Part shown: piece after piece, positions 1 to 9,310 of the stretch | How the letters are laid out: every line of letters begins with the position of its first letter | How positions within the stretch are numbered: the stretch's first letter is position 1 | Assembly: GCF_000012805.1 (NCBI RefSeq) | Contig: NC_007484.1 | Span: 2,700,001-2,732,000, forward strand | Direction of reading: 5' to 3' | DNA: 32,000 bases | Source of the DNA: Nitrosococcus oceani ATCC 19707 | GTDB taxonomy: Bacteria > Pseudomonadota > Gammaproteobacteria > Nitrosococcales > Nitrosococcaceae | Translations under genes and position numbers: made by a program | Notes under the pieces: generated by a model | Seen by the model: only the letters and a program-made list of their open reading frames with translations | Told to the model about the DNA's origin: nothing | Database searches by the model: none

Positions 1-263
1 TCTACCTGCTGCTTTTGTTGGTAAATAGCTTGATCCAGCCGGGCCAAAAAACTTTGCAGCTGCTGTAGCTGCTGGGCGCTGATGCCATTCCGGCCCACGG
101 ATTGGCAACGCTGCGCATACTCTTCCCGATAGTCACTCATCTCCCCCAGCTGGTGCTGTTGCTGCTGGAACAAATGCTGGGTTTCTCCTAATACTTTAGC
201 CGCCTGCTGCTCCTGAGTTGCAGCCACGCGCAGCAAGGAATATAAACGGCGGGAACGAGTCAC
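1..263 (-). CDS. fliJ: Flagellar export protein FliJ, N-terminal part (gene continues past the window start)
   Basis: My own minus-strand translation from the GTG at 263..261 (GTGA overlap with the fliI stop) gives [87 protein letters not shown]. The frame stays open to position 1. The sequence is Q/L-rich and coiled-coil-like, as in FliJ, and it directly follows fliI as in fliEFGHIJ operons. Confidence 0.75.
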   Translation of the reverse strand, partial: MTRSRRLYSLLRVAATQEQQAAKVLGETQHLFQQQQHQLGEMSDYREEYAQRCQSVGRNGISAQQLQQLQSFLARLDQAIYQQKQQV

Positions 264-1744
264 GAATAGCCTCCACTATTAAATTGCCTGGAAGCCCCCC
301 CAACATTGATGGCAGGTGCCGCCACTTTTGGTGCTGGCTTTGCCTTTAAAGCCTGCTGAAGCCTTTCCAGGCTCTCTTTCACAGAGAATGATTGGGACAT
401 ATCTTGCTGCAAAAACGAACGAAATTGAGGCTGCCTATCAACTGCCTCATCAAGTCGGGAATCACTGCCGCGGCTATAGGCGCCCACACTGATAAGATCT
501 TGGTTTTGGCTATATAGAGAATAAATTTGCTTAAACTGCTGAGCGGCCTGCTGATGCTCTGGTACCGTAATCTGACTCATCACCCGGCTAATCGACGCTT
601 CAATGTCAATGGCCGGGTAATGGCCCGCTTCCGCTAAGCGCCGGGACAATACAATATGACCATCCAGGATGGCCCGCGCCGAGTCAGCCACGGGATCATT
701 AGGATCGTCCCCTTCAGTGAGAACCGTATAAAAAGCAGTAATACTGCCGCTGCCCGAGCGTCCATTGCCTGCCCTTTCCAGCAATTGGGGAATTTTGGCA
801 AATACAGAGGGAGGATAACCGCGAGTTGCTGGCGGCTCGCCAATAGCCAGAGCTAGCTCCCGTTGGGCATGACCAAAACGAGTCAGAGAATCCATCAATA
901 GCAGCACCTGTTTGCCTTGATCTCGAAAATATTCAGCAATACTAGTCGCCAGCATTGCGCCGTGAATACGCATCAAGGGAGAATGATCCGCCGGGGTTGC
1001 TACCACCACGGAGCGCGCTAGGCCCTCCTTGCCCAGAATATTTTCAATAAATTCCTGGACTTCCCTGCCACGCTCGCCAATCAAACCCACCACGATAACA
1101 TCGGCCTTAGCATAGCGGGTCATCATTCCCAGTAAGACGCTTTTACCCACTCCGCTACCAGCAAATAGTCCCATCCGTTGACCCCGGCCAATAGTCAGCA
1201 AAGCATTGATAGCAGCTACTCCTACATCCATGGGCTCTCTAATAGGCTGCCGCGCCAAGGGATTGATGGGCTGCCCTTCCAACGAAACGCGATGGGTAGC
1301 GCGAAGAGGACCCAAATCATCCAAAGGACGTCCCCCGCCATCCAAAACCCGGCCTAGCAACGCCTCTCCAACCGCCATCCTGCCGCCATGACGAAGGGGA
1401 ATAACAGGGGCATTGGGCACCAGCCCCCGCGGGTCGCCGATAGGCATCAAAAAGAGTCTTTCTCCGGCAAACCCAACCACTTCGGCTTCCACAGGTAACC
1501 TTTCCTGCCTCAGAATATGGCAACGCCCTCCCACTGGCAGTTGACATCCCACTGCCTCCAAGGTCAGCCCCACCATTCGGGTAAGCCGCCCCTCAACCGT
1601 GACCAAAGGTGCTGTATCTCGGGCTAAGCGCTCCCTGCACCCAGCCAGGGCGTGCTGCCAGCGCCCTCCCAGTAAAGGAGGTTTGGAAACGATTTCAACC
1701 ACTCCCTTGATCGTCTCTCCGTTCGCCACCAAGCACTTTTGCAA
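260..1744 (-). CDS. fliI: Flagellum-specific type III export ATPase FliI
   Basis: 494-aa ORF with Walker A GSGVGKS, Walker [10 protein letters not shown] and an F1/T3SS-ATPase core. It lies between fliH and fliJ. The listed start overlaps fliH by 50 nt. An alternative GTG at 1702 (GTGGTTGA overlap with the fliH stop) is equally plausible. Confidence 0.95.
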   Translation of the reverse strand: MQKCLVANGETIKGVVEIVSKPPLLGGRWQHALAGCRERLARDTAPLVTVEGRLTRMVGLTLEAVGCQLPVGGRCHILRQERLPVEAEVVGFAGERLFLMPIGDPRGLVPNAPVIPLRHGGRMAVGEALLGRVLDGGGRPLDDLGPLRATHRVSLEGQPINPLARQPIREPMDVGVAAINALLTIGRGQRMGLFAGSGVGKSVLLGMMTRYAKADVIVVGLIGERGREVQEFIENILGKEGLARSVVVATPADHSPLMRIHGAMLATSIAEYFRDQGKQVLLLMDSLTRFGHAQRELALAIGEPPATRGYPPSVFAKIPQLLERAGNGRSGSGSITAFYTVLTEGDDPNDPVADSARAILDGHIVLSRRLAEAGHYPAIDIEASISRVMSQITVPEHQQAAQQFKQIYSLYSQNQDLISVGAYSRGSDSRLDEAVDRQPQFRSFLQQDMSQSFSVKESLERLQQALKAKPAPKVAAPAINVGGASRQFNSGGYS

Positions 1745-2432
1745 TGGCAGCGTTTAATCGGGTCTCAACCTTGGCATCTATTCTTGAATGCTCAGTCTCA
1801 AGCAGGCATCCTCCCCGAGAGAGAGAGGGATCTTCCACCACTTGCCATCGCCGTTCTTCCTCAGAAAGGGATAAGGCGGAACGAACAATTCCTACATCAT
1901 CAGGATGCAGCAGCAACCGTACATAACGTGCCTGGGACGGAAGATAGCTCAAACCTTCCCGTACTGCCGCCACCACCTCGCTGGGTTGAGTTTTGAGTTC
2001 CCGGCGGATAAGCTGGCGGGCCATAGCGACTGCAAGCTGCACCAATTCTTCTTCTACGGTTTCATCGAGCCACTGGAGAGGCGCACTTAACGCTGCCATT
2101 AACCGCTCAAGGCGGGCCACCTTTTGCTCTAATTCTGCTTGCGCCGCCTTCCGGCCTTCTATCAAACCCGTATTGAAGCCTTCCTCATGAGCCTGTTTCT
2201 GGATCGCTTCCAGCTGCTCTACCGTTAATGTCGCAGACGTTGCTCTTTCCTCTTGTTCCTGCTCCCCGCTTTCTGAATACGATCCCTCTGTACCGGCCGC
2301 CTCATTATCCCAGCCACGCCGTCCTGGCTGACGGCCTTGCCCAGGTTCTTCCTCCTCTACTAGCGGTAATTCCCACCGCTCATAGGCAGTCAAATCACCT
2401 GGGCGCAAAAACTTAGATGTATTCATCGCCAC
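1695..2432 (-). CDS. fliH: Flagellar export apparatus protein FliH (FliI regulator)
   Basis: 245-aa ORF with an acidic N-terminus followed by a FliH-like C-terminal domain ([21 protein letters not shown] ... [20 protein letters not shown]). It sits between fliG and fliI. The start is either GTG 2432 or ATG 2426; both overlap the fliG 3-prime end. Confidence 0.85.
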   Translation of the reverse strand: MAMNTSKFLRPGDLTAYERWELPLVEEEEPGQGRQPGRRGWDNEAAGTEGSYSESGEQEQEERATSATLTVEQLEAIQKQAHEEGFNTGLIEGRKAAQAELEQKVARLERLMAALSAPLQWLDETVEEELVQLAVAMARQLIRRELKTQPSEVVAAVREGLSYLPSQARYVRLLLHPDDVGIVRSALSLSEEERRWQVVEDPSLSRGGCLLETEHSRIDAKVETRLNAAIAKVLGGERRDDQGSG

Positions 2433-3417
2433 CGCCTCCTAGGGAAATATCTCCCGCTTCAGCTAGACGCCGGGCAATAGCAAGCACCTCTTTCTGGGCT
2501 GCTTCAACTTCGCTCAAGCGTACCGGCCCCTTACTTTCCAGATCTTCGCGCAACATCTCCGCCGCCCGCTTAGACATGTTTTTAAATATTTTCTGTTTAA
2601 GCGCTTCGGTAGCTCCTTTTAGGGCAATGATCAATATTTCGGAAGAAACCTCCCGCAGCAAGAACTGAATCCCCCGATCATCCACCTCCAAAAGGTTATC
2701 AAAAACAAACATGAGATCTTCAATATTCTGTCCCAATTGGGCATCAGTTTCCTTGATTTGCGCTAAGATATCGCTTTCTATAGCGCTATCAAGTAAATTA
2801 AGGATACCTGCCGCAGCCTTGAGACCGCCCACTGAAGAAGCTTTCAAATGAGTGTTGTTACCAGAGAACTGCCGTTCCAGAACTTGGTTAAGTTCTCCTA
2901 GAGCGGAAGGCTGCACGTTTCCCAAGGTAGCAACACGCACCAGGATATTGGTCCGCACCTGTTCAGGAAACAGGGACAACACTTCGGCTGCCTGAGCGCT
3001 TTCTAAAAAAGAGAGTACAATCGCGATAATTTGGGGGTGTTCCGAATGGACCACCTGATAGATGGAATGGGCATCCATCCATCCCAGCTGCTCAATACCA
3101 GCAGTGTTACTACCCGAGAGAATACGATTGATCAGCGAACTAGCCTTATCCTCCCCCAAAGCATTTTGCAGCATACCTCGAATATAATCATCGGCGCCTA
3201 TCCCAAAAGCGGTTTCTTCCTGCATCATTCCTGCAAACTCCTGTAATATTTCATTCACCTGTTCCTTGGTGATACCCTGGAGCGTCGCCATGGTCGTTCC
3301 AACCATTTGGACCTCCTTTGGCGCTAAATGTTTAAGAACCTCGGCAGCGCCGCGCTCACCTAAGGCGCGCAGCAGGATTGCCGCTCGTTCAGCGCCCGTG
3401 AGCTTGCTCTCAGACAT
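2413..3417 (-). CDS. fliG: Flagellar motor switch protein FliG
   Basis: ORF with FliG hallmarks: SEHPQIIAIVLS in the middle domain and the C-terminal torque-helix region KGATEALKQKIFKNMSKRAAEMLREDLE. I prefer the ATG at 3417 (ATGTCTGA overlap with the fliF stop) over the GTG at 3420 given in the ORF track. Confidence 0.95.
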   Translation of the reverse strand: MSESKLTGAERAAILLRALGERGAAEVLKHLAPKEVQMVGTTMATLQGITKEQVNEILQEFAGMMQEETAFGIGADDYIRGMLQNALGEDKASSLINRILSGSNTAGIEQLGWMDAHSIYQVVHSEHPQIIAIVLSFLESAQAAEVLSLFPEQVRTNILVRVATLGNVQPSALGELNQVLERQFSGNNTHLKASSVGGLKAAAGILNLLDSAIESDILAQIKETDAQLGQNIEDLMFVFDNLLEVDDRGIQFLLREVSSEILIIALKGATEALKQKIFKNMSKRAAEMLREDLESKGPVRLSEVEAAQKEVLAIARRLAEAGDISLGGGGDEYI

Positions 3418-5113
3418 CACTGACCAACCAGTTTTTTACAACCTGGGCCACACGTCTAGAGTCACCGGTGGCCATTTCACGAACAATCTCCAAGTTCGCT
3501 TCCAACGAATGGGGTCCTGATAGCTGAAGGGTTGGTTTATTACTGCTCAGGCTTAGTTGATCCTCTTGTAGTCCGTCATCACTTTCCTCTTCGTCCTTGT
3601 TGGGGATGGCAGACAGAGCTACAGGCTCAGGTAAAGCGGTCAGCCGGCGAAAAGCGGGGCGCAATACTCCCAGCAACAAAAGCAATATAGCTAAAATACC
3701 TCCCCCCTGTTTGACGGCTTGCCAAAACCAATCCTGCTGCCAAAGGGAAAGCTCTGGGAAGGCTTCCTCCTCGTTAGCTGGTACAAAAGGGGCATTAATC
3801 ACATTAATGGTATCACCTCGCTCGGCATTAAAACCCACGGCTTCTTTCACCAGGGCGGTCACCTGGGCAAGCTCCTGGGGTGAACGAGGCAAAGTGCTGA
3901 CAGCGCCTTCAGCATCCGTCACCGCTTTCTCGTCCACCAGGACAGCCACTGAAAGACGCCGAATAGATCCAGGGCTTAACCGGCTGTGGCTGATAGTGCG
4001 GTCCAGTTCGTAGTTCCGCGTGGCCCTTTGACTGCGCGTTGTGGGGACGGGTTCTATCTGGGCTTCATCGCCGTTAGCCTCTGGAACAGTTTCGGGTGCT
4101 TGGGCATCAGCCGGCGGCTGATTGCTCAGTGCTCCCGGAATTCCCTGGGGAAGACGGCTCCCAGTGCGCTCCTCCTCCGACATCTGCTCACTGCGCAAAG
4201 CGGCCGATCCGGGATTATAGTATTCTTGGGTTTGTTCCGTGACCGTAAAATCCACCTCGGCAACCACCTGGGCCCGAACCTTATTGGAGCCGATCATAGG
4301 GGCTAGAATATGCTGGATTCGGCTAATATATTTCTCTTCTAAACGCCGGGTATGCTCGAATTGGCCCTCTGTCATCCCCAGAGATTGGGAACGGTCTTGC
4401 CGGGTCAGCAAATTGCCTCTTTGATCCACCAACGTTACACCACTACTCTCCAAATTGGGAATACTGGAAGCAACTAAGTGGGTGATCGCGGCCACTTGCC
4501 CGGGATCAAGCGTGCGTCCGGCATAGAGATCCAAAACTACCGAAGCTGAAGGCGCTCTGCGATTACGGATAAAAACGGATTGCTTCGGTAACGCCAAATG
4601 GACTCGAGCATTTCTAACATTATTCAAGGCACCGATGGTCCGGGCCAACTCCCCTTCCAAGGCCCGCTGATAACGGGCCTTCTCCAGAAACTCACTAGCG
4701 CCAAAACCTGGATTCTGCTCTAAGAGTTCAAAACCCGTGTCGGCACTGCGCGGTAACCCTTCCATCGCCAATTGCAGCCTCACCTCATGCACTTTGGAAG
4801 CCGGCACCATAATTGCCCCGGTATTTTCCGCTAGCCGGTATTCAATATTCGCCTTTTGCAGTGCCGCAACGATCTCCCCTTTCTCCTTGCCCGTCACGGC
4901 ACCATACATAACTTGGTAAGTAGGCGCCCAAGACCACATAAAGATGCCTACCACAAGCGCCACGCTAGCGGCGATGGCTAGCAATAGCCCTACTTGCTTC
5001 TGTAAAGACAAGCGGCCTATATTAGCTTGCAATGCGGCTAAACGCGTACTGGCAACCGGCAATGCTTCCGAAGTAACAGCAGGTGGATTACTACTAGTGT
5101 TAGTATCTGCCAT
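3410..5113 (-). CDS. fliF: Flagellar MS-ring protein FliF
   Basis: About 567 aa, with an N-terminal TM segment (VGLLLAIAASVALVVGIFMW), a YscJ/FliF-type periplasmic core and a C-terminal TM segment (GGGILAILLLLLGVL). I prefer the ATG at 5113; the track start at 5116 is a TTG one codon upstream. Confidence 0.93.
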   Translation of the reverse strand: MADTNTSSNPPAVTSEALPVASTRLAALQANIGRLSLQKQVGLLLAIAASVALVVGIFMWSWAPTYQVMYGAVTGKEKGEIVAALQKANIEYRLAENTGAIMVPASKVHEVRLQLAMEGLPRSADTGFELLEQNPGFGASEFLEKARYQRALEGELARTIGALNNVRNARVHLALPKQSVFIRNRRAPSASVVLDLYAGRTLDPGQVAAITHLVASSIPNLESSGVTLVDQRGNLLTRQDRSQSLGMTEGQFEHTRRLEEKYISRIQHILAPMIGSNKVRAQVVAEVDFTVTEQTQEYYNPGSAALRSEQMSEEERTGSRLPQGIPGALSNQPPADAQAPETVPEANGDEAQIEPVPTTRSQRATRNYELDRTISHSRLSPGSIRRLSVAVLVDEKAVTDAEGAVSTLPRSPQELAQVTALVKEAVGFNAERGDTINVINAPFVPANEEEAFPELSLWQQDWFWQAVKQGGGILAILLLLLGVLRPAFRRLTALPEPVALSAIPNKDEEESDDGLQEDQLSLSSNKPTLQLSGPHSLEANLEIVREMATGDSRRVAQVVKNWLVSDV

Positions 5114-5227
5114 CAATCATGATTCCAGAGAAGCGGATTTGGAAGCGGCGGAGGAAAAAATCCTACCGAAACCTACCCTTATTACTCGATTCAAACTACC
5201 CCTTGTTCCTAACTTAGCCCCAAATAT

Positions 5228-5548
5228 TTAAATTTGCATATTCATGATCTCTTGATAGGCGGAGACAAGACGATTACGAACTTGAAGCGCCGCCTGAAAA
5301 GAAACAGTGGATTTTTGAGAGGCGATCATGACCTCCGCCAAATCAACATTGCTATCGCCTCGCACAAAAGCCGTCTGTAGCTCGCTGGACTGCTGTTGAA
5401 ATTGATTGACAGAGTCAATGGCCTGCCTAAAAAGCGTGGCAAATTCACCCTCTGGAAGTTCCCCAGCGGTACTGGCCGAATTATTCTTGGCTAGAGCGGT
5501 AGCTGCCCGCATTTGCTCTAGAAGTTGGGTACTATTAATAGATTCCAT
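5228..5548 (-). CDS. fliE: Flagellar hook-basal body complex protein FliE
   Basis: 106-aa ORF. The C-terminus VMIASQKSTVSFQAALQVRNRLVSAYQEIMNMQI is the typical FliE signature. It lies directly upstream of fliF. Confidence 0.9.
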   Translation of the reverse strand: MESINSTQLLEQMRAATALAKNNSASTAGELPEGEFATLFRQAIDSVNQFQQQSSELQTAFVRGDSNVDLAEVMIASQKSTVSFQAALQVRNRLVSAYQEIMNMQI

Positions 5549-5597
5549 GGCAGAATTTCTCCTCAGCTAGCCTAATTACTCTAAATAGGGCCCCAAG

Positions 5598-6947
5598 TTA
5601 ACACGCAAGCCTTGAACTAGGAAAATCAGGGATAACGACGCCTGCCTCCCGTAGCCGAGCTAACTTATAACGTAGGGTTCGCTCACTAACTCCTAGCCGA
5701 ACGGCTGCCTGTTTCCGCCGCCCATTGCACTGTCCCAAGGTTTCCAAAATAAACTGTTTTTCATGGTCTTTGAGATTTTTATTAAGCTCTCTAGCTTCAC
5801 CTGAAATGGGGGTTGCCCATATTCCTGCATCAAAAACCAGCGACTGGAGCGTTAATTCATCCTCATCCGCTAAAATCATGGCCCGCTGGATAACGTTGTC
5901 CAATTCACGAATATTGCCCGGCCATGGATAGGCCAGTAATTTTTTTTCAGCAGCCAAAGAAAAGCGGGATAAAACGCGGCCATTTTCTGCCGCACGGGCG
6001 GCAGCCAAGCGTCGGGCAAGGGGTAAGATATCTTTGCTGCGTTCCCGCAGAGGAGGTAAATACAGGGGGAAAACATTTAGACGATAATAAAGATCCTCTC
6101 GGAACCGGCCGTTGGCTACCTGTTCCTGCAAATCACGATTGGTGGTGGCCAATATTCGTATATCCAGCGGAATCATCTTGCCCCCTCCTAGGCGCTCCAC
6201 CTCCCGCTCTTGTAACACCCGGAGTAACTTTGCTTGCAAACCCAAGTCTATTTCCGAAATCTCGTCGAGCAATAAAGTGCCTCCCTGGGCCAGTTCGAAT
6301 TTACCGGGCTGAGCTTGGTAGGCACCCGTAAAAGCACCCTTCTCGTAGCCGAATAAGGTGGCCTCAAGCCTATTTTCCGGAATAGCAGCACAATTTATCG
6401 CGACAAATGGGCCTTTACAACGGGGTGACTGGCGATAGATATAGCGGGCTAATACTTCCTTGCCGGTGCCACTCTCACCACTAAGGAGTACGGTAGCCTC
6501 ACTCTTGGCTACCCGTTGTGCCAACGCTACTACTCTGCGGAAACAAGGATCAACCGCCACCACTGGCTCACCTTTTTTCAATACCCCCACGTAACGGCGC
6601 ACCCGATCAAGCAGAGCTTTAGTTTCAAAAGGTTTAAGCAAATAGTCCACAGCACCCTCATCCAAAGCATCAATAGCAGTATGGATGGTACTATGAGCAG
6701 CAATGAACAGCACTGGTAAATCCGGCTTCTGAGTTCTTGCCCGGCGTAATAGTGTGGAACTATCCAAAGGCTGGGTTTGAATATCGCTCAGTAAAAGGCC
6801 AATATGCTTATTTTTTTCCAGCTGGACTAGGGCTGCCTTTCCTTCAGGAACACTCTTTACTGGAAAACCAGCGACAGACAAGGTAGCGCATAAAGCCTCC
6901 CGCAGAGCTGGCTCATGCTCAACGACCAGAACCGTGGGGTGCATCAT
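5598..6947 (-). CDS. fleR: Sigma54-dependent response regulator (FleR/FlrC type): receiver + AAA+ + Fis-type HTH
   Basis: 449 aa. The N-terminal receiver has LLLSDIQ and LLKPF. The AAA+ domain has GESGTGKE (Walker A), the GAFTGA sigma54-contact loop and LLLDEI (Walker B). There is a C-terminal HTH (AAVRLGVSERTLRYKL). Its position between fleQ and fliE matches fleR/flrC. Confidence 0.88.
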   Translation of the reverse strand: MMHPTVLVVEHEPALREALCATLSVAGFPVKSVPEGKAALVQLEKNKHIGLLLSDIQTQPLDSSTLLRRARTQKPDLPVLFIAAHSTIHTAIDALDEGAVDYLLKPFETKALLDRVRRYVGVLKKGEPVVAVDPCFRRVVALAQRVAKSEATVLLSGESGTGKEVLARYIYRQSPRCKGPFVAINCAAIPENRLEATLFGYEKGAFTGAYQAQPGKFELAQGGTLLLDEISEIDLGLQAKLLRVLQEREVERLGGGKMIPLDIRILATTNRDLQEQVANGRFREDLYYRLNVFPLYLPPLRERSKDILPLARRLAAARAAENGRVLSRFSLAAEKKLLAYPWPGNIRELDNVIQRAMILADEDELTLQSLVFDAGIWATPISGEARELNKNLKDHEKQFILETLGQCNGRRKQAAVRLGVSERTLRYKLARLREAGVVIPDFPSSRLAC

Positions 6948-7088
6948 AATTTACTCCTTTGCTCCGAAAACCGTCCTAAAACGCGCTGCATGAATTTACC
7001 AAATGCGCGGAACGCTTATCTGGTTTTCTGCCAATTTTCGTTTGTTAATAAAGGTGCGGCAAAAATTCACCTCCCGCGCCTACAACAA

Positions 7089-7104
7089 AGCAATAAATGT
7101 GCCC
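7089..7104 (-). promoter_or_regulatory. Sigma54 (RpoN) -24/-12 promoter upstream of fleR
   Basis: The minus strand reads GGGCAC-ATTTA-TTGCT, that is GGCAC-N5-TTGC with canonical spacing against the consensus TGGCAC-N5-TTGCW. It lies about 140 nt upstream of the fleR ATG, inside the 211-bp fleQ-fleR gap. Confidence 0.75.
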
Positions 7105-7158
7105 ACTAATAAATTATCTTATTAATCAGTGAATTATCGATTATTTTCTTACTAGACG

Positions 7159-8598
7159 TCAAACTCTTGGCGCAACATCCTCTCGCTGGATGTCATATTT
7201 GCGAAGTTTTTCAACCAATGTTGTACGCCGCATCCGCAATCGATGAGCAGCTTGAGCCACTACACCGTCGGCTTCCTCTAGGGCTTGCTTGATAAGCGAG
7301 CGCTCAATGCAGCTAAGGTGCTTCTTAAGATCCAAACCTTCTCGTGGCAAGCGGGGAGTTTCCAAGGTATCCACAACCCTCTCTAAGGATGCCAACTCAG
7401 GAGCAGAAGGGGAAATTCCCTCCCCCTCTATTCGGTATTTTTCAGGTAAATCATAATGATCCACCACACCATAGGGGTGTAAGATGGTCAAACGCTCAAC
7501 CAGATTAGCAAGCTCCCTGACGTTGCCTGGCCACGGATATTGACACAAAGCCATAACCGCCGCTGGAGTTAAACGAACAGAGGCGCCTTTTTCATGCTCA
7601 ATCCGGGTAATAATCTCATTGATAAGCAAGGGAATATCTTCGACTCGCTCTCGCAAAGGGGGCATTTCAATAGGAAAGACATTGAGGCGGTAATAAAGAT
7701 CCTCGCGGAAATTTCCTTCCTGAAGCTGCTCTTCTAGATTACGGTGGGTTGCGGCAATGATACGTACATCGACATGAATGAGCTTATTGCTTCCTACCCG
7801 CTCAAAAGTCCGCTCCTGCAATACCCGCAGCAGCTTCACCTGCATGGCCATGGGCATATCGCCAATCTCGTCCAGAAATAACGTTCCCTTTTGCGCCAGC
7901 TCAAATCGTCCTTGACGGGCCGTGATAGCTCCAGTAAAGGCCCCTTTTTCGTGACCAAAGAGTTCGCTTTCCAGCAACTCACCCGGAATAGCACCACAAT
8001 TGACTGGCACAAAGGGATTCCCCCGCCGCGAGGAATGGTAATGGAGGTTACGAGCTACAACTTCTTTACCAGTCCCGGACTCTCCCAAAATTAGGACGGT
8101 AGCGTTGGAATCAGCCACTTGCTCTATCAGATGACGAACAGTCCGGGTAGCGCGGCTATTGCCCACCAAGCTCCGAAATAGCTCTACTGATCTTCTATCT
8201 TGCCCTTTTTGTTGGTGGCCTTCGCGAAAAAGCTCAGCATTCTGCAAAGCGCTGGTGAGTTCCGTTTGGGAAAAAGGATAACGTAGCCTCCCTAGCGCGC
8301 CCGGCAAACGCCAGGATTCTTTACCTGAAACACTTTCCTTTGGTACCAGCACAAATACGGGTAACTGCGCTTCTTCATTATTTAATGTTTTAATTGTGGC
8401 AGCTATTTTTTGCTTATCCCCACTCCAACTACCAATTAGCGCCGCCGCAACAGCCTTGGGATCGGTGACTATTTCTTGCCATTGCTCGCCTTGCTCAACC
8501 AGCACCGGACGGTAACCAATGAACTCGATAATGGTTTGCAGAGCTTGAGCATGCTCTTTTCCATTATCTCCCAAAATCAATACGATATCAGCAGGCAT
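7159..8598 (-). CDS. fleQ: Flagellar master regulator FleQ/FlrA (sigma54-dependent activator with a non-phosphorylatable FleQ N-domain)
   Basis: About 479 aa with long identical stretches to what I recall of P. aeruginosa FleQ: [103 protein letters not shown]. The N-terminal domain has no DD/D receiver signature. I prefer the ATG at 8598; the track start is a GTG at 8601. Confidence 0.9.
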   Translation of the reverse strand: MPADIVLILGDNGKEHAQALQTIIEFIGYRPVLVEQGEQWQEIVTDPKAVAAALIGSWSGDKQKIAATIKTLNNEEAQLPVFVLVPKESVSGKESWRLPGALGRLRYPFSQTELTSALQNAELFREGHQQKGQDRRSVELFRSLVGNSRATRTVRHLIEQVADSNATVLILGESGTGKEVVARNLHYHSSRRGNPFVPVNCGAIPGELLESELFGHEKGAFTGAITARQGRFELAQKGTLFLDEIGDMPMAMQVKLLRVLQERTFERVGSNKLIHVDVRIIAATHRNLEEQLQEGNFREDLYYRLNVFPIEMPPLRERVEDIPLLINEIITRIEHEKGASVRLTPAAVMALCQYPWPGNVRELANLVERLTILHPYGVVDHYDLPEKYRIEGEGISPSAPELASLERVVDTLETPRLPREGLDLKKHLSCIERSLIKQALEEADGVVAQAAHRLRMRRTTLVEKLRKYDIQREDVAPRV

Positions 8599-8693
8599 CA
8601 CAAGCCTTTCATACCGCTTTTAACGTTGAAACAGGAAAAAAATAAAGTAAATCCCATTGTGGGTCTATTACGCTTTCTAAATTATATAAAGAA

Positions 8694-8722
8694 AGTTAAA
8701 CACCCTATAAAATGAATGTCAA
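8694..8722 (-). promoter_or_regulatory. Candidate sigma70 promoter for fleQ
   Basis: The minus strand reads TTGACA-N17-TTAACT: a perfect -35, a 17-nt spacer and a 3/6 match to the -10. It ends about 95 nt upstream of the fleQ ATG. This is a pattern match only. Confidence 0.35.
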
Positions 8723-8954
8723 AATTCTGTCGCGCCAAGAAGGACAAAAGCTTCTTTGCAAAGGAGCAAATACCCACAGGGAAAATCGAAACTTTCTGCC
8801 TTACGGTTCAACAAAAGTGTTAATCCCCGGAAGAGAAAATGAGCACCGGAAATTTAAGTATTTCTTAATGCTTGCGCCGCATGACGACGGTGCCAGGGAA
8901 AGAGAAACTATTCTAACCCTTCCCGAATTCTACCGTCTAAATCGGCAAAACCCA

Positions 8955-9071
8955 CTAAAATCTGGTGCCCACCCCTATAGCCACTGAGCAGCCAACCCCA
9001 TAGGAGTAGCTTTTGGGGGGCGCTTTCTCCTGGACCAAAAGCTGCCCCATCTGCTCAAACAGTAAATCCAT
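8955..9071 (-). CDS. Hypothetical 38-aa small ORF (MDLLFEQMGQLLVQEKAPPKSYSYGVGCSVAIGVGTRF)
   Basis: Found by hand translation; it falls below the 60-aa cutoff of the ORF track. An ATG is preceded by GGAG with a 6-nt spacer (tttGGAGttaaagATG). I recognise no family. It contains the 9006-9045 hairpin, so it may not be coding. Confidence 0.2.
   Translation of the reverse strand: MDLLFEQMGQLLVQEKAPPKSYSYGVGCSVAIGVGTRF
9006..9045. other. Stable stem-loop in the region upstream of fleQ
   Basis: AGCTTTTGG (9008-9016) pairs perfectly with CCAAAAGCT (9035-9043). One wobble pair and one GC pair extend the stem outside. An inner GGGG/CTCC helix can form on the plus-strand RNA. No U-tract follows on either strand. 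Confidence 0.6.
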
Positions 9072-9081
9072 CTTTAACTCC

Positions 9082-9095
9082 AAACGCTAGCGTTT
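9082..9095. repeat. Perfect 14-bp palindrome AAACGCTAGCGTTT
   Basis: Read directly from the sequence. Flanking CTC/GAG extend the dyad with one mismatch. On the minus strand it abuts the GGAG in front of the 38-aa ORF. Confidence 0.9.
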
Positions 9096-9118
9096 CGAGC
9101 AAAGTACCGGATGCCCAT

Positions 9119-9310
9119 TTATGAGTCCGCAGGCCCAGCATTAGAACTGTTCAAGAACTTTAGCAACCGCTCATTATCACGGCCATCAAGGGTATTGATT
9201 GCCGTACCAAGCTCCAGGTAGCACCAACTTAGAGGATGCCGGCCTTGGTAAAAGCCTTCCCAGCTTAATAGTTGACGCGAGAGTAGCTCTTCCATTTCAG
9301 CCACAAGCAC
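9119..9310 (-). CDS. Hypothetical 63-aa protein downstream of the fliT-like gene
   Basis: ORF-track entry starting at a GTG preceded by GGAG (4-nt spacer), with an in-frame ATG five codons in. The composition looks protein-like (EMEELLSRQLLSWEGFYQGRHPLSWCYLELGTAINTLDGRDNERLLKFL). I recognise no family. Confidence 0.3.
   Translation of the reverse strand: MLVAEMEELLSRQLLSWEGFYQGRHPLSWCYLELGTAINTLDGRDNERLLKFLNSSNAGPADS

Noticed and set aside
5117-5227. Direct repeat CCTACC-gaaa-CCTACCC and an AGGA-A5-TCCT mini-hairpin in the fliE-fliF gap, considered as a promoter or terminator
   Set aside because: There is no sigma54, sigma28 or sigma70 match with correct spacing and no GC-rich stem with a U-tract. 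It is too weak to call.
8939-8965. Sigma28-like element (minus strand CCAGATTT-N11-GCCGATTT)
   Set aside because: The -10 half matches 6 of 8 positions, but the -35 half matches only 4 of 8 and lacks TAAA. Only a 5-codon ORF lies downstream.
8879-8972. Two GGCAC-containing sigma54-like -24 boxes in the fleQ upstream region (minus strand CTGGCACCGTCGTCATGC at 8879-8896 and GTGGGCACCAGATTTTAG at 8955-8972)
   Set aside because: Neither has a TTGC/GC -12 element at the required distance. The first is displaced by 2 nt, and the second has TTTA instead.
8712-8987. 91-aa plus-strand ORF divergent from fleQ (MNVKILSRQEGQKLL...)
   Set aside because: It has no Shine-Dalgarno sequence, an odd basic and low-complexity composition, and no recognisable domain. 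It overlaps the candidate fleQ promoter. I treat it as probably spurious, although the region as a whole is flagged as a finding.
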